Origin: Bacteroidota bacterium
GTDB taxonomy: Bacteria > Bacteroidota > Bacteroidia > Chitinophagales > Saprospiraceae
DNA: 40,617 nt
Direction of reading: 5' to 3'
Assembly (NCBI GenBank): GCA_039804385.1
Contig: JBDLWG010000426.1
Coordinates: 1 to 40,617 of the forward strand
The first letter of the stretch is position 1. The number at the start of each line of letters is the position of its first letter. Below the pieces are notes generated by a model. It ran no database searches, was not told the DNA's origin, and worked only from the letters and a program-made list of their open reading frames with translations. Position numbers and translations under genes: made by a program. Positions 8,048 to 15,771 of this stretch are shown piece after piece.

Positions 8048-9201
8048 TGTTGTTCGGTACCTGTTTGATAGGCTTCTAATTGCATTAATTGCATAAATGC
8101 ATCATGCTTAGATTTCCCCAAATTAAATTCGGAAGCGTTATGCGTGCGCACCACACCTGCATTTCGAGTCACTAATTTCCAATTATCAAAATGAATATTA
8201 TTGATAATATACGGATGATGACTCGTTAAAATGAATTGCAATTTCCGTTTCGATTTGAGCATATCGCTTGTCAATTCATCAATACAATTGATGCCTAAAC
8301 TGTTTTCAAATTCATCAATCAGAAAAACAGTTCCTTCTGAACACAAATAGAGTTCGCTGATATGCATAAGCGTTCGATACATGCCCGATGAAATCCTATT
8401 TTGCTGAATCCACTTATCAACGCCCGCCTCTTTGATTTGCAAAAAAGGATATTCCTTGAAAAAATCAGGCATATCTACATCTCTAACCTCTAAGGGAGCT
8501 ACTTTCAAATCCGTCACTTGTGGAAAAATAGCTATAAATCGCTCTTTGATAATATTAAATAATTTTTTATCTATCTTAGCAATTAGAAAAAGTTTTAGAC
8601 TGGTTTCCAAATTGCCTTCTTGGATTTTAGCTATTGTATTATATTTTTTTGCCAATTGATTCGCATTCAGCATCATTACTCGAAACGTTCCCGACGCTTG
8701 CATCGAATTAGATTGCTCACTAAATGACAGTTGATTCAAACCTAAATGAGCTGGCTCAATCAGATTTTCGGCTTTTAGCAAATTAAGCACGCTTTCATAT
8801 TGTGAAAGTTTAATGGTTTCTTTACCCTCAAATATGATTTTACCTGCATCTCTGTCAATAATTTGTTTGCCATTTCTAAACAATTTTTCAAAAACGATTT
8901 TGGGTTTGTCTTTTTGTTTTTCATCATCGTCATCATCTGCAAAAAAAATAGATGTATCTTTCACTTGAAAAGCACCTTCCCAAATATAATTTTCATCATG
9001 AATTGTTTGAAAATCAAAACGCCATTGAACTCCATTGATAGATTTCCCAGAACTTATCTCATGAATCGCCATAATAGCCCGAAGTATCTGCGTTTTACCA
9101 ACGCCAGATGCACCAACCAAAAGCGTGAGTTTTTTGAGTTCAAAAGGCTCTAAACGCCACCCACGAGATTTGTCTTCAAATTGAATACTATTAATTTTCA
9201 T
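8044..9201 (-). CDS. AAA_15/AAA_21-type ABC-like ATPase (RloA/AbiLi-like)
   Basis: Walker A GASGVGKT (K36), Walker B/D-loop VFLIDEFENSLG and an H-loop-like ILTSHHP. Translationally coupled to the RloB-like gene. Confidence 0.75.
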   Translation of the reverse strand: MKINSIQFEDKSRGWRLEPFELKKLTLLVGASGVGKTQILRAIMAIHEISSGKSINGVQWRFDFQTIHDENYIWEGAFQVKDTSIFFADDDDDEKQKDKPKIVFEKLFRNGKQIIDRDAGKIIFEGKETIKLSQYESVLNLLKAENLIEPAHLGLNQLSFSEQSNSMQASGTFRVMMLNANQLAKKYNTIAKIQEGNLETSLKLFLIAKIDKKLFNIIKERFIAIFPQVTDLKVAPLEVRDVDMPDFFKEYPFLQIKEAGVDKWIQQNRISSGMYRTLMHISELYLCSEGTVFLIDEFENSLGINCIDELTSDMLKSKRKLQFILTSHHPYIINNIHFDNWKLVTRNAGVVRTHNASEFNLGKSKHDAFMQLMQLEAYQTGTEQQ

Positions 9202-9247
9202 GATTTTGCTATTTTAAAAGCACAAAGTTAGGTTGTTTTCTCTTTTT

Positions 9248-9748
9248 TTAATCGTTTAATAAAAAATCTCCTTGCCGATGATAATCGCGCTCTTTCTGAC
9301 AAGCGTGACATAAACCATATAAGTTTAAAGAATGATGTGTAATTTCAAAATTCAAAATGTCTCCCATCATTGTTTTGATATTTTGGATGCGCGGGTCACA
9401 AAACTCCGTCACGGTGCTGCACTGCGTGCAAATCACATGATCATGTTGTTTAAATCCAAACGATTTTTCATATTGCGCCAAATTTTTGCCAAATTGATGT
9501 TTTTTGACCAAATCGCAATGCACCAAGAGTTCCAACGTGTTGTAAACGGTGGCACGACTGACCCGATAACTCTGATTTTTCATATGGATATACAGGGCTT
9601 CTGCGTCGAAATGGTCATCGCGCCTATAAATTTCTTCAAGAATGGCGTAGCGTTCTGGCGTTTTGCGACACCCTGTTTGTTCAAGGTGCGCCGTGAAAAT
9701 ATCGCGGACTTCCCGAATAATATCGGCTGCTTTTTGATTGGTCGGCAT
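9248..9748 (-). CDS. fur: Fur family transcriptional regulator
   Basis: wHTH region [20 protein letters not shown] and a C-terminal CHAC metal-site motif. Length is typical. Confidence 0.9.
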   Translation of the reverse strand: MPTNQKAADIIREVRDIFTAHLEQTGCRKTPERYAILEEIYRRDDHFDAEALYIHMKNQSYRVSRATVYNTLELLVHCDLVKKHQFGKNLAQYEKSFGFKQHDHVICTQCSTVTEFCDPRIQNIKTMMGDILNFEITHHSLNLYGLCHACQKERDYHRQGDFLLND

Positions 9749-9833
9749 ATGCGCTTTTTGATTTTACCGCAAAAATACATTATTTTTGAAAGATTAAAGC
9801 GATAAAGTAGTTCAATTGAAATAACCTATCCAA

Positions 9834-9865
9834 AAGGTCGGCGAGGTTGCAACCTCGCCGACCTT
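9834..9865 (-). terminator. hairpin terminator downstream of the aminotransferase gene
   Basis: AAGGTCGGCGAGGTTGCAACCTCGCCGACCTT, with a T-run after the stem on the minus strand. Confidence 0.65.
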
Positions 9866-9930
9866 GATTCAATACGAATACGTTGATTATCAATGAGTTG
9901 CATTTTGATAGTTTATTTCGATTCAACTAC

Positions 9931-11259
9931 TTAAATTTGTGATGCATAGCGTTTCGCTTTGACAAAAGCACTGAATCGTTCCATCGCTACTTTCAAATCG
10001 GATTTTGAAATATATGGGAAAACCATTCTAAATTGTCCCTGTTTGGTGTGTCCAAAACCAGCTCCGGGCGTGAGCAAGATGCCTGTACCGCGATAAAAAG
10101 CTGTCCAAAAAGCCACTTCTGCTTCGGGCGTATTGGATTCTAAAAATTCGGATAAATCCAACCAAACAAATAAACTCCCATACGATGGCACATAAGGCAA
10201 TTTTAAATTTTTCAAATATCGAACTACCACCACATAAGATTCGGTCAAAGCGCGTTGATTGCGTCGAATGTAATCATCCATAAAATCGTCATCTTCCATC
10301 AACATTTGCAACAACCATTGCGTATGATTGGAAATCGTATGTCCTAAATTAATATTTTGATACGCTTTTATAAACGTTTCGTTGTGGGAATAAACCAATC
10401 CAACTCTAAATCCAGAAATCCCAAAATCTTTCGATAAGGCATACCAATAATGCAAATACGGGCTTTTTTTAAGCTCCATTAGTTGCGCAAATGATTGAAA
10501 ATCAATTCTTTTCGCATAATCATTTGCAATTTCGGGATGATGCGTATTGATTAACGATAAGCCATAAATCTCATTGACGACCAAATGAATTTCTTTTGAA
10601 ATGCACCAATCCGCGATTTTTTCTAATTGTGCCGTTTCATAAATGCCACCTGTTGGATTATCAGGATGGGTCAAAACCAACATTTTAAAACATTTTCCTG
10701 CTTTTTGAAGGTCTGCAAGGGCTTTTTCTAAGTGTGGAATATCCAGCAATAGTCCATTTTGAAGGTCTGCCAACTCATGATGCGTAATTAAATCATATCT
10801 TTCTAATCCAGATATACTGCCAATATCGTTTTTATAAACAGGATAACAAGGCGCGGGAAAGACCGCTACATCACCTGCATCGCCGAGAATAAACGCAGTC
10901 ACTTCAATCACGCCTGTTGCGCCCGGCGAAATCCCCATTTTATCAGGGTCAATCGGGCATTTTGTTAAAAATTTGGATAAAAAATGCGCCAATGCCTTCC
11001 TAAATGGCGGCAAACCCAAAGTGGAAGTATAGCCCGCAACCCAATCTGGAATCGGTTGCGTCCTTGAAATGCTTTCCAATTTCGCTTTCAACATCGCCCA
11101 ACTCAACTTATTTTCAGCTACATTGAGGGGGAAACCGCCATTTGGATTGTCATGTTCATGGTAAATATTTTCAATTGCCTCAAAATAGAGGTTCAAATCG
11201 ACGCGCATCACCGTTTCGGATGCTTTTTCGCCGCGTTTCGAGAGGGTAATCGGATTCAT
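9931..11259 (-). CDS. PLP-dependent class I/II aminotransferase, ACC-synthase-like subfamily
   Basis: NVAENKLSW near the N-terminus, NPDNPTGG, and the PLP-lysine motif SKDFGISGFRVG. Confidence 0.85.
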   Translation of the reverse strand: MNPITLSKRGEKASETVMRVDLNLYFEAIENIYHEHDNPNGGFPLNVAENKLSWAMLKAKLESISRTQPIPDWVAGYTSTLGLPPFRKALAHFLSKFLTKCPIDPDKMGISPGATGVIEVTAFILGDAGDVAVFPAPCYPVYKNDIGSISGLERYDLITHHELADLQNGLLLDIPHLEKALADLQKAGKCFKMLVLTHPDNPTGGIYETAQLEKIADWCISKEIHLVVNEIYGLSLINTHHPEIANDYAKRIDFQSFAQLMELKKSPYLHYWYALSKDFGISGFRVGLVYSHNETFIKAYQNINLGHTISNHTQWLLQMLMEDDDFMDDYIRRNQRALTESYVVVVRYLKNLKLPYVPSYGSLFVWLDLSEFLESNTPEAEVAFWTAFYRGTGILLTPGAGFGHTKQGQFRMVFPYISKSDLKVAMERFSAFVKAKRYASQI

Positions 11260-11263
11260 ATTT

Positions 11264-13042
11264 TTATTTATCTATCCATAATTTATGATTTGGAGAAAAG
11301 ACCGCAATTGCGTCTTCAGCAATATTTTCAATGGTTAACTCATCCGTTCTACCAAAATTCCCTTTTAATTCTCCTTCCTCAATCATCGTTACAATATACT
11401 GAAATCGAACGCCCTGTTGTTGCAAAGTGGCAACAAAATGATACAATGCAACAAATTGAGATTTATCCATGCCATCAAAAATGCCATCATGGAGCAAAAA
11501 GTGAGGAATTTTAATACTTTGACTAATTGCATGAAACATTATTGCTATGTCATATACCAAAGTCCGTCCTTTATTCCAACCTTTGGATTCATCTTTATCA
11601 AAAGAAATATCTATTTTAATTTTATCGATGCTATCTTTGGAGGTAATTGAAAAACCAGAGCTTTGACTATGTGGGTAAAGTTGGTTATAAACTTCCGAAA
11701 ATATTTTTTCAAACCCATTGATATTGTCTTGAATACCATTGATAAAAGCATTCATTTTTAAACTAATATCAGCATCTCGCTTCTTATAAGAAAGTTTTTC
11801 TAATTCTAAATCTTTAAACATTTTGATTCTACTTTCTAAATGGGCATACTCTTGTTCTCGCGCTGCCAAATAATAGAAAGCCTGTGTCAAATCGGTAAAT
11901 GCTTCCTTCGATTTTAACAATAAAAAAAAATCGCGCCGTTGTTTATCCAAAACTTGTATTTTCTTTTCATTGGTTTGAACCTCCATTTCGAGTGTTTGTA
12001 TCTCTAATTTTAAAAATTCTTCTCTGGATTGTGCCAATTTTTTTCTAAAATCAATCGCTTCTATTAATGAATGTTGTACAATTTGACTTAATTGCTCATT
12101 TAACTCCTTATAAAGTTTTCCAATATCTCGAATGGTATTTTCACTAAGTACATCTTTCAATTCAAAACTCTCTTTGTAAGTTGTAATTTTTTTTTGATTC
12201 CAAAAATTCTGTTCCGACAATGCTTTTATTTGTCCTGTTAGGTTATTCAGTTCTACTTCTACGTTTTTATGATGTTCTGCCAATTTAAAAGCATCAATAG
12301 CGATTTTACTCTTTTTAATATCATTTTTTAATTTACTTAATTGACTATCAACCTGTTTTATATCTAAATTATAATTCTTTTCAATAAATTTGCGGATTTG
12401 AATCAGAGCCGTTTGTCGTTCATGAACTTCTTTTTGAAGCTCAAAATTTTCGTAAAGTAAGGTATTATCCAACCCCAAAAGTAAAAAATGATATGGATTG
12501 AGTTCACATAATTTGCTTGTCGGTATAAAATGGATCGGATCCGTAAATTCCCCTTTCGCTTTTTTGTGGACTTTAAGAAAAAAAGCCATGAAATTCCGAT
12601 ACCATTTTTCTAATGCAACTCCTTCATAAGCACTATTCTTAAACATCAATTGAAAAAGAAACGATTTTGCATCTTTTAAAAACAGTTGGTTCAAACTATT
12701 ATTTAAACCAATAAGCACTTCTTGTGAAGTCAGCACATTTCTTTTAATCATATAAAGATTATCATCCACTTCAAACTCCAAAACAATTAGATATTTTTCT
12801 AATCTATTTTTTTCTTTATATAATCTTGAATTTTTAGTACTAAAATCCGCTAATAAACAAAAATCTATTAAATCCGCTACCGTTGATTTTCCCAAACCAT
12901 TTAAAGGCTCTTTGCTATCACTTTTATCTTTTTTACCAAAAATAAAGTTAAAACCTTCCTTAAAGACAATCGTGTGAGGATGTTCTCGTTTGCCAGAACG
13001 GAACAATCCAAAGGGTTCACTATAAAGTCTTTTCAGAAACAT
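11264..13042 (-). CDS. coiled-coil ABC/SMC-like ATPase (DUF2326-like; ABC-3C ATPase component)
   Basis: N-terminal P-loop PLNGLGKST (K52). A heptad-rich K/E/L/Q insert of about 250 aa follows. The C-terminal head half carries HFLLHDGIFDGMD (Walker B/D-loop, about aa 514-526). Its start shares one nt with the stop of the 76-aa ORF (TAATG). Confidence 0.75.
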   Translation of the reverse strand: MFLKRLYSEPFGLFRSGKREHPHTIVFKEGFNFIFGKKDKSDSKEPLNGLGKSTVADLIDFCLLADFSTKNSRLYKEKNRLEKYLIVLEFEVDDNLYMIKRNVLTSQEVLIGLNNSLNQLFLKDAKSFLFQLMFKNSAYEGVALEKWYRNFMAFFLKVHKKAKGEFTDPIHFIPTSKLCELNPYHFLLLGLDNTLLYENFELQKEVHERQTALIQIRKFIEKNYNLDIKQVDSQLSKLKNDIKKSKIAIDAFKLAEHHKNVEVELNNLTGQIKALSEQNFWNQKKITTYKESFELKDVLSENTIRDIGKLYKELNEQLSQIVQHSLIEAIDFRKKLAQSREEFLKLEIQTLEMEVQTNEKKIQVLDKQRRDFFLLLKSKEAFTDLTQAFYYLAAREQEYAHLESRIKMFKDLELEKLSYKKRDADISLKMNAFINGIQDNINGFEKIFSEVYNQLYPHSQSSGFSITSKDSIDKIKIDISFDKDESKGWNKGRTLVYDIAIMFHAISQSIKIPHFLLHDGIFDGMDKSQFVALYHFVATLQQQGVRFQYIVTMIEEGELKGNFGRTDELTIENIAEDAIAVFSPNHKLWIDK

Positions 13043-13272
13043 TATTTTTTTAATTTAATTGTAAAATTTTGTATATCAATAATTTGGGTTAACCACAAAA
13101 AAGTCAACGCATTATAATATTGATTTAATGAAATTTCTTTTTGAAAACGTTGCTTGATATGTTGAAACAAAGTTTCAATATTATAGTCTTTTTTTTTCAA
13201 AGACGCTATAATATTTGCCCCTACTACCATGGTACATTTGTGTAGGTGCTCATGCTTGTTCGGTATAAACAT
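13042..13272 (-). CDS. 76-aa helical adaptor (ABC-3C middle-component-like)
   Basis: Small ORF wedged between the effector (2-nt gap) and the ATPase (1-nt overlap). Its size and position match the middle component of ABC-3C systems and LmuC/DdmB of Lamassu. Confidence 0.6.
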   Translation of the reverse strand: MFIPNKHEHLHKCTMVVGANIIASLKKKDYNIETLFQHIKQRFQKEISLNQYYNALTFLWLTQIIDIQNFTIKLKK

Positions 13273-13274
13273 AG

Positions 13275-14324
13275 CTAAAATAAAGATAACTGTTTTTCTT
13301 CTATTGTTTTTTCACCAATGTAACAAAATTCAAAGAAACAAAATATAATTGCTTTAGCATTCGCTTGATAATGAGGATTCAATCGTTTATGCGCTTGCAA
13401 AAGCCCAAGACTCAGTAATTCAACCCACTTAACGTCTTGAATCGGCGTTTCAGGGTCTGTAGTTCCTCGAATTTGACAATAATTTTGTTGTATAATTTCT
13501 TTTAAATCAATAATTTTACTCTCTTCGTCCAATATTGAAAGATAATTATTCACCAATTGCTGTTTATCCCAAGTATTGATAATCATTTCCGATACTCGTT
13601 TTCGTTGCGGTTCTGGAAAATTGATAGGTACTTTAACTTTCAATTTGGTGAACGCAAGGGAAATAGCAATTTCCGAAGCACGGCTCACTTTTTTGGGAGT
13701 ATTCTCTAATAAATGGTCAATAATATCGTCAATAATGCCTAAATCTGCTATTGAATCGTCCAAACCACTATAACTGACACTCATTTTTTGACTCATGTAA
13801 GTATAGAGCGCCTCTACATAATCGGCTTGCGCATCTTTTAAAAGGGCAGACAAATCACTATGGTCAATAATATGTTTATCTTTGTCAAATTCAAATGATT
13901 TCTTAACCGTTTTATCAAAATCCGCCCTCGGATATGATTTTTTTCCACGATACATCAATACATAGAGGGTATTATAACCCTCTTTTAAACTTTTATTCAT
14001 AAAGCCGCGAATAGAATGATGTATCTTTTCGGAGCTATCTTCGGAAGTGATTTGAACTGCAATTTTCAAATCCCAATCTCCTAAATCTGCGCCCTCATAT
14101 TGAGGTTCATTTGCAGTATTCAACCCTTTTAACTGCCAACCCAAAAAAAGGTTTAACAAACCCCGATAAAATTCTTCAGCATCTTTATTGGAGTCAAAAT
14201 AACCTGCACGATTGGAAAAAGTGGCTCCTCTTTCTAAGGTGTGCAACCATTTAATAATCTCATTTTTATATTCACTTATCCTGTACATGGCAGCAAAGAT
14301 ACTATTTTTGATATAATCAAGCAA
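13275..14324 (-). CDS. putative effector of the three-gene cassette (SMEK-like N-domain + helical C-domain)
   Basis: First gene of the cassette. The N-terminal segment FYRGLLNLFLGWQLKGLN...GADLGDWDLKIAVQITS resembles, from memory, proteins annotated as SMEK-domain. The start is uncertain: TTG at 14324, or ATG at 14288 (MYRISEY). Confidence 0.55.
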   Translation of the reverse strand: MLDYIKNSIFAAMYRISEYKNEIIKWLHTLERGATFSNRAGYFDSNKDAEEFYRGLLNLFLGWQLKGLNTANEPQYEGADLGDWDLKIAVQITSEDSSEKIHHSIRGFMNKSLKEGYNTLYVLMYRGKKSYPRADFDKTVKKSFEFDKDKHIIDHSDLSALLKDAQADYVEALYTYMSQKMSVSYSGLDDSIADLGIIDDIIDHLLENTPKKVSRASEIAISLAFTKLKVKVPINFPEPQRKRVSEMIINTWDKQQLVNNYLSILDEESKIIDLKEIIQQNYCQIRGTTDPETPIQDVKWVELLSLGLLQAHKRLNPHYQANAKAIIFCFFEFCYIGEKTIEEKQLSLF

Positions 14325-14390
14325 TTATTTTAATTGTAAAAAACAAATTTTTTATAATTAAATACTATTTTATAAATTTTGTTTTATATT

Positions 14391-14503
14391 TTTGAATTAG
14401 GAATGAAGGATTTTTAGGAATATAAGGACGAATTGCTTAATTGTTTGCAGAAAAAATCAAGCAATGCATCCTTATATTCCTAAAAATCCTTTATTCCTGA
14501 TTC
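14391..14503. repeat. long inverted repeat, GAATTAGGATTTTTAGGA family (copy a)
   Basis: The arms are GAATTAGGAATGAAGGATTTTTAGGAATATAAGGA (from 14394) and TCCTTATATTCCTAAAAATCCTTTATTCCTGATTC (to 14503), with 2 mismatches in 35. The element ends 3 nt before the stop codon of the upstream membrane-protein gene. Confidence 0.8.
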
Positions 14504-14505
14504 CC

Positions 14506-15669
14506 TTATTTTTTAACTTTATTATAAAAATCTGCCCACATTTTCGCTGCTGTTTCTCGACCGCCCATGCCAAACGCCACAGCTATCGCAACTGCCACAG
14601 AACCAATCAATAACGTAAACGCTAAACTTACAATATCATTTGCAATGCCCATAGAACGCAAGCCCATAGCGATAAAAAGTGCCATTGCCGCAACCCGTGC
14701 AATCGATGCCATAAAACGACTTTCTTCATTTTTAGCCATCGCGCTGAAAATTTGATTCGACGCAAACGTTCCCGCAACGATAATCGCCAAACCTAATGCA
14801 ATCTTGCCGCAAAGATGCAAAATTCCAGTCATTAAACCACTCAAATGGCTCAAACCTAATTTTTCCATCCCTGCCATGGCACCACCTAAGACGATAAATG
14901 CAAACAAAAAGTTAGAAGAGGTCTTTGCAATGCTGAAATCAGCTCCAAACAAATCGGTCAAGCCTAATTTTTGACCCAATTCATCCGTTTTCAAAGAAGT
15001 CAATAAATCGCGCAACAACGTCGATAAATATTTTCCACCAATATAAAAAACCGTTATCAATACGACTGCTGCAATAATATTTGGAATAGCGTTGATAAAC
15101 GTATTCAACATATTTTTAGCAGGCTCCGAAATCGCTGTAATTTTCAACGCGTCCAAAGCCGCTATCAAAACGGGGATGAAAATAAATATAAAAACAATCT
15201 GTTTTACCAACTTCATCACATTAAATTCAGGCGAAACATTGAAACGCGTCATCAACGGCTGGAAAAAATCGCTGCTCATGCCCACCACATTAGAAGCCAA
15301 AGTCGCCAAAATATAACCGACATAACCAATAATGCCTGCCGCAATCACATTCGGAATGAAGGCAAAAAACTTACTTGCCATGTTTTTAAGCGGTTCTAAC
15401 ACATTGCTTACACCCATCATTTCCAAAACAATCATCAAAACCATCAAAACCAATAGGTAATAAATAAGTTTGCCAATCGCTACTTCGGGGCGCATGCCAT
15501 CCGCGCCCAAATTAAGTTTTGCAGTCAGCCCAGAACGGCTAATCATGCGAACCACTAAACCGCGCACTAAATCGGCTACAATCAAGCCGACACATAAGGT
15601 GACAATCGCTCCTAATACGCCTGTAAGATGTCCGGAGATGCTTGTCAAAAAGTTTGTTACGTACTGCAT
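14506..15669 (-). CDS. polytopic membrane protein with repeated TM-helix modules (mechanosensitive-channel-related?)
   Basis: Multiple hydrophobic helices. The N-terminal pattern VLGAIVTLCVGLIVADLVRGLVVR resembles the 'conserved TM helix' repeat seen in MscS-related proteins. Confidence 0.5.
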   Translation of the reverse strand: MQYVTNFLTSISGHLTGVLGAIVTLCVGLIVADLVRGLVVRMISRSGLTAKLNLGADGMRPEVAIGKLIYYLLVLMVLMIVLEMMGVSNVLEPLKNMASKFFAFIPNVIAAGIIGYVGYILATLASNVVGMSSDFFQPLMTRFNVSPEFNVMKLVKQIVFIFIFIPVLIAALDALKITAISEPAKNMLNTFINAIPNIIAAVVLITVFYIGGKYLSTLLRDLLTSLKTDELGQKLGLTDLFGADFSIAKTSSNFLFAFIVLGGAMAGMEKLGLSHLSGLMTGILHLCGKIALGLAIIVAGTFASNQIFSAMAKNEESRFMASIARVAAMALFIAMGLRSMGIANDIVSLAFTLLIGSVAVAIAVAFGMGGRETAAKMWADFYNKVKK

Positions 15670-15771
15670 AATACTTTTTTTTTAAAGTTTAAACAAATGA
15701 ATCCCAATGCTTTAAGAAGACCTATAGTCTTTTAAAACGCTATTAGTTGTTAGTTGGAAAAAAGATTAATC

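Noticed and set aside
9248-9748. Fur-like regulator as a component of either defence cassette
   Set aside because: It is a canonical full-length Fur with host-like composition, separated from the upstream operon by a terminator hairpin. As far as I recall, fur next to purA is a common native arrangement in Bacteroidota, so it is more likely the insertion site than a cassette gene.
7326-14400. Classical mobile genetic element (integrative island, transposon or prophage remnant) carrying the defence genes
   Set aside because: I could find no integrase, transposase, recombinase, tRNA attachment site, terminal inverted repeats or target-site duplication at the junctions. Only the compositional shift and tight junctions indicate foreign origin.
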